Positions 19,207 through 27,733 of a stretch of DNA of 32,000 nt are shown here, in pieces. Position 1 is the stretch's first letter; the number at the start of each line of letters is the position of its first letter. The DNA lies in NCBI GenBank assembly GCA_964586355.1, contig CAZPGO010000030.1, positions 60,001 through 92,000 of the forward strand, in the 5' to 3' direction. The notes below the pieces were generated by a model. It made no database searches and was not told the DNA's origin. It worked only from the letters and a program-made list of their open reading frames with translations. This DNA comes from an uncultured archaeon. Lineage in GTDB: Archaea > Iainarchaeota > Iainarchaeia > Iainarchaeales > CSSED10-239. The translations under genes and the position numbers were made by a program.

Positions 19207-19932
19207 TTATAGTAACAATAAGATTGCTAATAATATTAAAAAAATTAATAAAAAAACTGTGTTGTGTTTATAGACGTATAAAATTGCTTTTTTTAAACCT
19301 AAAAAAATATTTTTAAACACCCATAAAACATATTCCAAAAGTCTAGAAGGTTCTTTTATTTCTTCAATCATTTCTTGAAATAGTTGATTGTTATTTTTTT
19401 GTTTAACTTTAATTTCTTTAAAATTATTTAGTTTATTATCTGTAGCATCAAAAATAAAATCTTTTTTATCAACAGTAATTTTCCAAAAAGGCACCCAAAT
19501 CTCATCAAATCCACTAAGTGCAACTTCTTCTTTTTCTATTGTGTATTTACTTAATAATGTTTTAAGTATAATTTTTTCAGATTCTTTTTGACTAATAACA
19601 AGTTTTTTTATTTTTACTTCTGTTTTTTCAAAAACATTAATTTCTAGATTTTTAATTAGTTTTGGATTAGAAAATTCAAAAAGTTTTAGAATATCATCTT
19701 CTATTTTGTTTTTTGTGGCATTTAGTGCGGTTTGTCCAGAGATATGCTTATATTTACCATCTATTTTAGTATCTATATCAAAAAAACAGACCCAATAAGG
19801 AAGGACTACTAATCTTAATCCTTCTTTATTGATTTTTATGTTGTGCCCTTTAGAACAAAATTCTTTACTAAATATATTAACAGCATCTTCTGTCGTTATA
19901 TTAATTGGAAAACAGTTTTTATTAAATTCCAT
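19207..19932 (-). CDS. Hypothetical tail-anchored protein with two PepSY-like repeats
   Basis: 241 aa with an internal duplication. Repeat 1 is ITTEDAVNIF..LRLVVLPYWVCF..ALNATKNKI. Repeat 2 is ISQKESEKII..FDEIWVPFWKIT..IFDATDNKL. It has a single C-terminal TM helix (VFLLIFLILLAILLLL) and lies 18 nt downstream of sepF. Confidence 0.55.
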   Translation of the reverse strand: MEFNKNCFPINITTEDAVNIFSKEFCSKGHNIKINKEGLRLVVLPYWVCFFDIDTKIDGKYKHISGQTALNATKNKIEDDILKLFEFSNPKLIKNLEINVFEKTEVKIKKLVISQKESEKIILKTLLSKYTIEKEEVALSGFDEIWVPFWKITVDKKDFIFDATDNKLNNFKEIKVKQKNNNQLFQEMIEEIKEPSRLLEYVLWVFKNIFLGLKKAILYVYKHNTVFLLIFLILLAILLLL

Positions 19933-19950
19933 TTTTAATTAACATTAGAC

Positions 19951-20307
19951 TTAATTTCTGTTTTTAAAGATTTTTACTTTTGCAGGAGTTAACAAAACTT
20001 TTGTTTTTGAAACAAATGCTAAGTCTCCACCATTGTCTTTTACAAACATTTTTATTTGACCTAAAAATTGTTTTGCTCTTTGTTCATTTCTTTTAGACAA
20101 CTTTTCTATATCTAAGATAACTATATTTCTTTGTTTTAGTTCTCTTATAGTTTCTTCAACTTCTCCATTTGTTTGTAAGCTAATAGGTTTTACAAAAAAG
20201 TCAACATCTTCTGGTTCTTCTTCGACTTCCATATTATTTAAAAAGTCATCCATATCTAAACCATCTTTTTTTGAAAACACACCTTCGAAAAATGCCACCA
20301 AAACCAC
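19951..20307 (-). CDS. sepF: Cell division protein SepF-like
   Basis: 118 aa. The N-terminal amphipathic segment FFEGVFSKK resembles a membrane-targeting helix. It is followed by an acidic linker and a SepF/DUF552-like core (IVILDIEKLSKRNEQRAKQFLGQIKMFVKDNGGDLAFVSKTKVLLTP). The start is uncertain: GTG at 20307, or the TTG/GTG a few codons in, following GAGGTG. Confidence 0.6.
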   Translation of the reverse strand: MVLVAFFEGVFSKKDGLDMDDFLNNMEVEEEPEDVDFFVKPISLQTNGEVEETIRELKQRNIVILDIEKLSKRNEQRAKQFLGQIKMFVKDNGGDLAFVSKTKVLLTPAKVKIFKNRN

Positions 20308-20522
20308 CTCAAAATTCGTTTATTTTTTTATTGTTTCTTGTTTTTTTAATTAAAACAAATATCATATAATAATATATTTTGCACCAAAATGTATAAAAAC
20401 TAGATTGTATTTTCTTTTTTTCTAATGGCTCTAAAAATAGCCAAAAATCCTAGTTTTTATAATTATTTTGCTTTTTAAAGTTTTGTGTTCTTTATTTATA
20501 TATATAACTTATTTTATAAAAT

Positions 20523-21713
20523 ATGATACTTATGACAAAATATACCCACATAGTTATACACTATAGTGAACTTGGAATCAAGAAGGGAAATAGATCTAAA
20601 TTTGAGGCCCAATTAATAAGAAATATTTCATATTCTTTGGAACCATATGTTTTAAGGGTTCACAGAAGATATGGGATTGTTGTGTGTGTATTAAAAGAAG
20701 ATCTAAAAGAAAAAGATCTAAAAGAAATAGAAGACAAGCTCTTACAAGTAATAGGAATTTCTTTTTTTGCTTTTGTTGTGGCTTGTAAAAAAGAGATTAA
20801 TGATATTGCCAATTCTGTTTTCGATCTAATAAAGGAAAAGGAATTTGCATCTTTTAAGATTAACTCTAGAAGATCTAACAAACAATTTTTCTATTCCTCT
20901 CAACAGATAAATGAAATTATAGGTGCAAAAGTTGTTGAACTTTTTTCAAAAAAAGTAAATCTAGATAAACCAGATCTAGAAATTTTTATAGAAGTTACAG
21001 AAACAGAAGTTTTTGTGTATTCTAAAAAACACGCAGGTGTTTGTGGTCTTCCAATTGGCTCTAGTGGAACAGTAATTTGTTCTTTATCCGGTGGGATTGA
21101 TAGTCCAGTTTCGGCATATTATTTAATGACTAGAGGATGTAAAGTCGTTTTTGTTCATATCTTATCTGGAAATTTACAAGTAAATTCTTTAAAATCAAAA
21201 ATTTATAAACTTTGTGAAGTATTATCAAAATTTCAAAATTCTGCAAAATTATATGTGGTGCCTTTTTCTGAGATTCAAAAGCAAATAATTACTTTTGTTC
21301 CTGCTGATTATAGGATGATTGTTTATAGAAGATATATGTTAAAAATCATGTGTGAAATTGCAAAAAAAGAAAATGCAAAAGCAATAGTTACTGGAGATAG
21401 TGTGGGACAAGTGGCTTCACAAACACTAGATAATCTTGCTTGTATTTATGAAGCATCATCTTTACCAATTTTTTCTCCATTAATAGGTTTAAATAAAGAA
21501 CAAATAATTTCTGTTGCAAAAAAGATAGGAACCTATGAACTCTCTATTTTACCCTATCCTGATTGTTGTTCTTTTATGGTAGATAAACACCCTCAGACAA
21601 AAGCAAAGTTAGAGGATGTTTTGACTTTAGAAAAAAACATAAGTGATTCTTCTAAATTAGTTTTAGATGCTGTTGTAAATTCTGAGTGTAAGAAAATATC
21701 TCTAAAGGATTAA
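20523..21713 (+). CDS. thiI: tRNA 4-thiouridine sulfurtransferase ThiI (no rhodanese domain)
   Basis: 396 aa. An N-terminal ferredoxin-like/THUMP region is followed by the PP-loop SGGIDSPV and a conserved Cys in PYPDCCSF. Confidence 0.85.
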   Translation: MILMTKYTHIVIHYSELGIKKGNRSKFEAQLIRNISYSLEPYVLRVHRRYGIVVCVLKEDLKEKDLKEIEDKLLQVIGISFFAFVVACKKEINDIANSVFDLIKEKEFASFKINSRRSNKQFFYSSQQINEIIGAKVVELFSKKVNLDKPDLEIFIEVTETEVFVYSKKHAGVCGLPIGSSGTVICSLSGGIDSPVSAYYLMTRGCKVVFVHILSGNLQVNSLKSKIYKLCEVLSKFQNSAKLYVVPFSEIQKQIITFVPADYRMIVYRRYMLKIMCEIAKKENAKAIVTGDSVGQVASQTLDNLACIYEASSLPIFSPLIGLNKEQIISVAKKIGTYELSILPYPDCCSFMVDKHPQTKAKLEDVLTLEKNISDSSKLVLDAVVNSECKKISLKD

Positions 21714-21716
21714 TTT

Positions 21717-22766
21717 ATGAAAAAAAAAGTGGTTGTTGGATTATCTGGTGGAGTAGATTCAACAATAGCTCTAGTTTTATTAAAAGAAAAAGGTTATGAT
21801 CCTATAGGCGTTTCTTTAAAATTACCTATTTGGTCTAAAAGTTCTTGTAAAGAAAATAGTTGTTGTACTGATAAATCTGTTGCGATTGCAAGAAAGATCT
21901 GCAAATCCTTAAACATTCCTCATTATGTTGTTGATGGTTGTGCTGATTTTGAAGAAAAGGTGGTTTCTTATTTTGTGTCTGAGATAAAAAACAACAAGAC
22001 TCCAAACCCTTGTGTTATTTGTAATAAAGCTCATAAATTTAAAGTGCTTTTAGAGTGGGCTAAGAAAAAGAAAATTCCTTTTGTTGCTACTGGTCATTAT
22101 GCAAAAACAAGATTAAATAAAGAAACAAATAAATATGAGCTTTTAATTCCAAAAGATAAAACAAAAGATCAAACTTATGGGTTGTGTTTGTTATCTGAAA
22201 AAGAGCTTTCTAAAATACTTTTTCCCTTAGCAAATTTAACCAAAGATCAAGTTTATAAAAAAGCACAAGACACCAATTTTGATTTTTTTACAAAACAAAA
22301 GCAAAGTCAAGATTTTTGTTATGTTTCAGGCAAAGATCTTTATTCTTTTTTGTTAGAAAAAATTGGCGAACAAAAAGGCCAGATTTTAGATGTTAATAAT
22401 AAGATATTGGCTGCTCATGACGGCTCTTGGCTATACACTATTGGTCAAAGAAAAGGTTTAGGGCTAAATAAAAAATATTATGTTTTTTTTAAAGATAAAA
22501 ATAATGTTTATGTAACTAATAAAAAAGATCAAGTGAAAATAAAAGAAATAAATTTAGAAAACCTTCATTTAATTTCTGGTAAATTGCCTAAAAAAAAAAT
22601 AAAGGTTAAGATAAGATATTCTTCTGACTTTTTTTCTGCAAAACTTGTAAAAAATAAAAAAGGAATAAAAGTTGTTTTAGACAAACCACTAGAATTTATA
22701 ACCCCCGGTCAATTTTGTGTATTTTATTCTGGCAAGGTGTGTTTAGGTGGCGGAATAATTAAATAA
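21717..22766 (+). CDS. mnmA: tRNA-specific 2-thiouridylase MnmA
   Basis: 349 aa. It has the PP-loop GLSGGVDST, then NPCVICN, TGHYA, KDQTY, SQDFCYV and a C-terminal GGGII. It starts 3 nt after the thiI stop. Confidence 0.85.
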   Translation: MKKKVVVGLSGGVDSTIALVLLKEKGYDPIGVSLKLPIWSKSSCKENSCCTDKSVAIARKICKSLNIPHYVVDGCADFEEKVVSYFVSEIKNNKTPNPCVICNKAHKFKVLLEWAKKKKIPFVATGHYAKTRLNKETNKYELLIPKDKTKDQTYGLCLLSEKELSKILFPLANLTKDQVYKKAQDTNFDFFTKQKQSQDFCYVSGKDLYSFLLEKIGEQKGQILDVNNKILAAHDGSWLYTIGQRKGLGLNKKYYVFFKDKNNVYVTNKKDQVKIKEINLENLHLISGKLPKKKIKVKIRYSSDFFSAKLVKNKKGIKVVLDKPLEFITPGQFCVFYSGKVCLGGGIIK

Positions 22767-22887
22767 TTTTTTAACATTTTAATTTTATTTTCCAAATACC
22801 AAGTATATAAAAAGTATTTTGTTTATAATATATAATAGTTTCTTAGATGCAATAACTATTTAAGAGAAAAATTTAGGGTGTTAATTA

Positions 22888-24096
22888 ATGAGTGATAATA
22901 TTTTTTATGAATTATTAAATCAAGATTCTGTTTTTACTGACAAATCAAAAATATCACCACATTATGCTCCAGAGAAACTACCTTTTCGTGATCAACAAAT
23001 AAAAAACCTCTCTTTATGGTTAGCACCAGCACTAAAAAAAGCAAAACCTCATAATATCTTTATTTATGGTAAAGTGGGTACAGGAAAAACAACTGTTGTA
23101 AAACATGTAATAGATCAATTAGAGCATTTTTCTAAAGATCAACAGCTTCCATTAAAAACAATTTATATAAATTGTAGAAATTATCAAACAAAATATGCGA
23201 TTTTATTCTATTGTGTTCAATTGTTTTATCCAGATCTAAATTTTATAGGTTATTCTAGATCTTTTATTTATGATAAATTTTTAACTTATGTTAAAGAAAA
23301 TAAACTTAATTTTGTAGTTATCTTAGATGAGATTGACAAAGTAAAAGAAATTGATGATCTAACTTATACCCTAATAAGATCAAATGATGAAATAGATCTA
23401 GGCTCTGTTTCTATGATTGGCATCTCAAACAACATTTTTTTTAAAAATAATTTAGATTCTAGAACAAAAAGCACACTTTGTGAGCAAGAAGCGGTTTATC
23501 CCCCCTATAATGCTGAAGAACTAAAAAGTATTCTTGAGCAAAGAGTTGAACTAGCTTTTAAAGAAAACTCAGTTACTGATTCTGCAATAAATTCTGCAGC
23601 TGCAATTGCTGCAAAAGAGTCAGGGGATGCTAGGCGTGCTGTTATGTTATTATTAAGAGCAGGAGAGCTTGCTGATCTAAATAAATCCAAACAAGTTACA
23701 GATAAGGAAGTTTACAGAGCAAAAGAAAAAGTTGAGTTAGAAGTTATGAAAAGCATGGTTTTAACTCTACCATTACAATTACAACTAGTTTTATTTGCAA
23801 TTGCTCAAAGCTCATTAAAACCTAAGGGAATACTCAATCTAACTGGTCAAACACTAGATTCAAATATAATCTATTCAGGAGAAATATTTGATAAATATTC
23901 AGAGATTTGTGAAAGTTATTGTGAAAAGGCAGTTTCTATAAGATGGTTTAGAGAATATATTACTGAGTTAGAGACCTATGGTTTTATTTCTACTACTATT
24001 TCTGGTAAAGGAGTAAAAGGAAATACTACTTTAATAAAACTAGGTATTGATGCACAAAGTATAGTAGATCTTTTAGAAAATGAATTAAAGGTTTAA
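22888..24096 (+). CDS. cdc6: Orc1/Cdc6 replication initiator
   Basis: 402 aa. Walker A is YGKVGTGKTT and Walker B is VVILDEIDK. It has GDARRA and a C-terminal winged-helix region. Confidence 0.9.
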   Translation: MSDNIFYELLNQDSVFTDKSKISPHYAPEKLPFRDQQIKNLSLWLAPALKKAKPHNIFIYGKVGTGKTTVVKHVIDQLEHFSKDQQLPLKTIYINCRNYQTKYAILFYCVQLFYPDLNFIGYSRSFIYDKFLTYVKENKLNFVVILDEIDKVKEIDDLTYTLIRSNDEIDLGSVSMIGISNNIFFKNNLDSRTKSTLCEQEAVYPPYNAEELKSILEQRVELAFKENSVTDSAINSAAAIAAKESGDARRAVMLLLRAGELADLNKSKQVTDKEVYRAKEKVELEVMKSMVLTLPLQLQLVLFAIAQSSLKPKGILNLTGQTLDSNIIYSGEIFDKYSEICESYCEKAVSIRWFREYITELETYGFISTTISGKGVKGNTTLIKLGIDAQSIVDLLENELKV

Positions 24097-24102
24097 ATTG
24101 TT

Positions 24103-24156
24103 TTTTTTTGTACAATCTATTTGCTTTATATATCTTTTTTTGTATAATTTATTTGT
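24103..24156 (+). promoter_or_regulatory. Two 22-nt direct repeats flanking a TATA-like box upstream of the Lrp-like gene
   Basis: TTTTTTTGTACAATCTATTTGC (24103-24124) and TTTTTTTGTATAATTTATTTGT (24135-24156) match at 19 of 22 positions. TTTATATAT lies between them. Confidence 0.3.
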
Positions 24157-24164
24157 GGTTTATT

Positions 24165-24701
24165 ATGCCAGAAACAAAAAAAATAGTAGATTCTATAAGG
24201 GTAAAAATTTTATCAGCTATGAAACAAAAAGGTTCCATTACTCCAAATGTAAGACAAATTAAGAAATTAACAGGTTTTCATAGAGCTACCATTAAATCAT
24301 CAATAGATTTTTTAGAAAATTCTAAATTTATTAATGGGTATAGACCATTATTAGATTCTAAAGTTGTTGGAAATAAATTAGTTGTTTGGTCTTTTTTAAA
24401 TGTTGATTCAAGTGATAAAATTAATTTTAAAGAGTTTTTATCCGCTCTCTCCTCAGAGCCCTCCCTTTTACATTGTTCAGATGTTATTACTGATAAAGGG
24501 TATAATATTGGTGTTGCACATCTAGCAAAAAGTGTTGAAGAATATTATTTAAATATTCAAAAAAAGTTTTTTTTTAATAATCCAAAACTTACTGATCTTA
24601 TTAAGCAAAAAACTATTTTTTATTTATCTGATCCGCTTTACAATCATAAAAATGAAATAGATGCCACAATTGATATTTTAGAAAAAGAGGTTGGTCTCTA
24701 A
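24165..24701 (+). CDS. Lrp/AsnC-like winged-helix transcriptional regulator (putative)
   Basis: The N-terminus DSIRVKILSAMKQKGSITPNVRQIKKLTGFHRATIKSSIDFLENSKFINGYRPLLD follows the Lrp/AsnC HTH pattern (..GVI.GY.a.ld). An ATG at 24165 is preferred over the TTG-extended ORF from 24108. Confidence 0.45.
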   Translation: MPETKKIVDSIRVKILSAMKQKGSITPNVRQIKKLTGFHRATIKSSIDFLENSKFINGYRPLLDSKVVGNKLVVWSFLNVDSSDKINFKEFLSALSSEPSLLHCSDVITDKGYNIGVAHLAKSVEEYYLNIQKKFFFNNPKLTDLIKQKTIFYLSDPLYNHKNEIDATIDILEKEVGL

Positions 24702-24713
24702 ATCAGTGATCTT

Positions 24714-25532
24714 ATGGAAATAGAAATAAATTATGAGTTTTCTGCTGGAAAAAATGCTGAAAAAAAATATAAGCAAAGAAACAAGTATTCTCAAAAGCTT
24801 AAAGGGGTTTTGCATGCAATAGAGATCACTAATAAAAAAATAAAAGATCAAGAAAAAAAGGACGAAAATAAGAAGCAAGAAATAACTTTAGCAAAAAAGA
24901 AACTAGTGAAAATAGAAAATAGACAAAAAGAATGGTATGAAAAGTTTAGATATTTTTTTACACAAAATAATTTTTTAGTACTTGGAGGCAGAGACTCTAA
25001 AAACAACGAAGTTTTGATAAAAAAACATTTAGAAGAAAAAGATTTTTATTTTCATGCTGATATTCATGGAGCACCACATGTGATTTTGAAAAATCATTTA
25101 GAAAGTGTAGATCTAATTTCCAAAGAAGATAAAATGGATGCTGCAATTTTTGCTGGTTGTTTTTCTAGTGCTTGGAAATCAAAAATTTATTCTGTAGAGG
25201 TTTATTCTGTTTTATCTAATCAAGTATCAAAAACAGCGAACACAGGAGAGTCTTTAAAGACCGGTGCTTTTGTAATAAGAGGTAAAAGAGAATATTATAG
25301 TATAGATCTAAAACTAGGTGTTGGAATAAATAAACAAAGCCAAATTGTTTGTGGATCAACAGATGCTATTAAAAAAAATTGTAAACATTATTTTATTATA
25401 GTTCCAGGGGATATAAAAAAATCAGACTTTGCAAAAATTCTAAAATTGGATTTTGAAAAGAAAGGGCAAAATATATCTGTTGATCAAATAATTTCTGTTT
25501 TGCCAACTGGAGAATTTGAGTATTATAAATAA
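24714..25532 (+). CDS. NFACT-R (DUF814) domain protein, lacking the NFACT-N half
   Basis: 272 aa. A Lys-rich coiled coil is followed by WYEKFRYF, GGRDSKNNE, FHADIHGAPHVILK and SKTANTGESLKTGAFVIRGK. These are signatures of the RNA-binding NFACT-R domain of Rqc2/RqcH-family proteins. Confidence 0.75.
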   Translation: MEIEINYEFSAGKNAEKKYKQRNKYSQKLKGVLHAIEITNKKIKDQEKKDENKKQEITLAKKKLVKIENRQKEWYEKFRYFFTQNNFLVLGGRDSKNNEVLIKKHLEEKDFYFHADIHGAPHVILKNHLESVDLISKEDKMDAAIFAGCFSSAWKSKIYSVEVYSVLSNQVSKTANTGESLKTGAFVIRGKREYYSIDLKLGVGINKQSQIVCGSTDAIKKNCKHYFIIVPGDIKKSDFAKILKLDFEKKGQNISVDQIISVLPTGEFEYYK

Positions 25533-25537
25533 AAATT

Positions 25538-27685
25538 GTGAAAAAAAACATGAGTGATTTAAAATTAAAGGTTGCAGATCTAAAAGAGCAACATGTTGGA
25601 AAAAACATAGTTTCTATCAGCATTGTTGCAAAACAAAAACTTAATGTTTTTTCAGGAGATGTGGTTTTAATAATTGGTAAAAAAACAACCGCTGCTCAAA
25701 TATGGCCAGAAAAAGAAACAGAAGGACAAGAACAAATAATAAAAATGGATAAATATGTTAGAGAAAATGCTGGTGTTGACATAAATGATTTTATAGAAAT
25801 TAAAAAAATAGATTCTATATTTGTTGCAAAAAAAATAGCAATATCTCCACTTTCTGATAAAAAGATAAACTTTTTTTCAAAAAATTGTGACCTAATTATA
25901 AAAAAAAGTATCTTAGAAAGACCTTTTTTTTATGGAGACATTTTTCCAATAAATGTTTTTGGAACTTCTTTTGATTTTAAGGTTACTGAAATTTCCCCAA
26001 TAACTAAAGAGCTGCCACTATTATTAGATGAGTCTACAGATCTAGTAGTTAATTTAAATCCGGTCTCAGAAATTTCAGAAAAATCAAAAATAACTTACAA
26101 AGATATAGGTGGACTAGAAAAAGAAATAAATGCTATAAAAGAGATGATAGAGCTTCCAATAAAATATCCAGATCATTTTAAAAAAATAAATATTGTCCCA
26201 CCAAAAGGTATACTACTTTATGGGCCACCAGGAACTGGTAAAACGTTATTGGCAAAAGCAATCTCTCAAGAACTTAGTGCTAAATTTATCTCTTTAGATG
26301 CTCCTCAGATAATGGCAAAGTTTGTAGGAGAAGCAGAAGAAAAGCTAAGAAAAATATTTTTAACAGCACAAAAAATAGCCCCAGCAGTTGTCTTTATTGA
26401 TGAAATTGATGCCATTGCTCCAAAAAGAGATGGTTTTGTAACAGAAGTTGAAAAAAGGGTTGTTGCTCAATTATTATCTTGTATGGATGGCATAGTAAAT
26501 CGTGGGCAAGTAGTAGTTATTGCCGCAACAAACAGACCAGAAGATATTGATGTAGCTTTAAGAAGACCAGGAAGATTTGATAGAGAGATAGAGATAGGAG
26601 TTCCTGATGCTATTGAAAGACTAGAAATATTAAAAGTTCATACAAAAGATGTGCCATTATCAAAAGATGTAGATTTAAAAGAAATTGCTGATAACACACA
26701 TGGTTTTGTTGGTGCTGATTTGGCAGCATTGGTTAAGGAAGCTGGAATTTTTGCTGTTAAGTCTGCTATTAATAAGAGCACAAAAATAGATTCCTTAGAT
26801 ATAAAAAAATCAGATTTTTCTAATGCTTTATCCATTATTCAACCATCAGGTCTAAGAGAGATTTTTGTAGAAATTCCAAATGTTGGCTTTGACTCTATTG
26901 GTGGTCTTGATGATCAAAAAGAATTAATTACAGAAATTTTAGATTTAACTATTAAAAGAAAAGATGTTGTAAGAAGAATGGGAATTACCATACCTAAAAA
27001 TCTTTTATTAGTAGGTCCGCCAGGAACAGGAAAAACAATGTTTGTTAAGGCCTGTGCTAGATCTAATAAGATTAATTTTATTTATGTAAAAGGCCCTGAA
27101 ATCTTAAATAAATGGTTAGGACAAAGTGAAAAAGCAATAAGAGATATTTTTAAAAAAGCAAGAGACGTTTCTCCTGTTATTGTTTTTTTTGATGAAATTG
27201 ATTCTTTGACAGTAAATAAAGCAAACACAGAAAACATTCCAAAAGTATTGGATCAATTATTAACAGAGCTTGATAATTTGGTAAATAATGATATTATTTT
27301 TATTGCTGCTACAAATAGACCAGATTTAATAGATAGATCTTTATTAAGAAGTGGAAGGATAGACAAAATTATTGAATTTAAGTTGCCTAATTTTGAAGAT
27401 AGAAAAAAAATATTCTCTGTTTTATTAAAGTACGTTCCACATACAAAAATAGATCTAGATTTCTTTTCAAAAGAAACAGAGGGTTTTTCAGGTGCAGATC
27501 TTCAATTATTAATAAATGATTCTGCTGTTTTAGCTATTAAAGAAAAAGATTATGAACTAAATAAATTATCTGAAAAACATTTAAAAAAAGTTCTTTTAAA
27601 AATGAAAACAAATCTAAAAAAGAAAAGCACAAATATTTCTGAATATTTTAGTGAGAATAAGAGATCTACTAGTTATATTTCATAA
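25538..27685 (+). CDS. cdc48: Cdc48/VCP-like AAA+ ATPase
   Basis: An N-terminal double-psi-barrel-like domain is followed by two AAA modules. Walker A GPPGTGKT occurs twice. The Walker B motifs are VVFIDEIDA and IVFFDEIDS. The probable start is the ATG at 25550 (MSDLKLK). Confidence 0.9.
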   Translation: MKKNMSDLKLKVADLKEQHVGKNIVSISIVAKQKLNVFSGDVVLIIGKKTTAAQIWPEKETEGQEQIIKMDKYVRENAGVDINDFIEIKKIDSIFVAKKIAISPLSDKKINFFSKNCDLIIKKSILERPFFYGDIFPINVFGTSFDFKVTEISPITKELPLLLDESTDLVVNLNPVSEISEKSKITYKDIGGLEKEINAIKEMIELPIKYPDHFKKINIVPPKGILLYGPPGTGKTLLAKAISQELSAKFISLDAPQIMAKFVGEAEEKLRKIFLTAQKIAPAVVFIDEIDAIAPKRDGFVTEVEKRVVAQLLSCMDGIVNRGQVVVIAATNRPEDIDVALRRPGRFDREIEIGVPDAIERLEILKVHTKDVPLSKDVDLKEIADNTHGFVGADLAALVKEAGIFAVKSAINKSTKIDSLDIKKSDFSNALSIIQPSGLREIFVEIPNVGFDSIGGLDDQKELITEILDLTIKRKDVVRRMGITIPKNLLLVGPPGTGKTMFVKACARSNKINFIYVKGPEILNKWLGQSEKAIRDIFKKARDVSPVIVFFDEIDSLTVNKANTENIPKVLDQLLTELDNLVNNDIIFIAATNRPDLIDRSLLRSGRIDKIIEFKLPNFEDRKKIFSVLLKYVPHTKIDLDFFSKETEGFSGADLQLLINDSAVLAIKEKDYELNKLSEKHLKKVLLKMKTNLKKKSTNISEYFSENKRSTSYIS

Positions 27686-27733
27686 GGTTGTTTTTGTTTA
27701 AAATATAACTCTATTTTTTTAAGAAAATTGCTC

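Noticed and set aside
22767-22887. A replication origin (ORB or mini-ORB repeats plus an unwinding element) directly upstream of orc1/cdc6. I also considered the 215-nt A/T-rich spacer at 20308-20522.
   Set aside because: The orc1 upstream spacer is only 121 nt. I could not find inverted ORB-like repeats or G-string elements in it, and it looks like an ordinary promoter with an AGGGTG ribosome-binding site. Nothing beyond A/T-richness supports 20308-20522. The origin cannot be placed from this window.
24108-24164. The N-terminal extension of the Lrp-like ORF (MYNLFALYIFFCIIYLWFI) from a TTG at 24108.
   Set aside because: The extension is a hydrophobic translation of T-rich promoter-like DNA that contains the TATA-like box. 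The ATG at 24165 gives a normal HTH protein start.
21717-25560. Long homopolymer A or T runs inside genes (for example A8-A9 tracts near 21719, 22594 and 25541) as possible programmed frameshift or pseudogene sites.
   Set aside because: All affected reading frames remain open and encode full-length, motif-complete proteins. The runs are explained by Lys (AAA) and Phe (TTT) codon usage in an A/T-rich genome.
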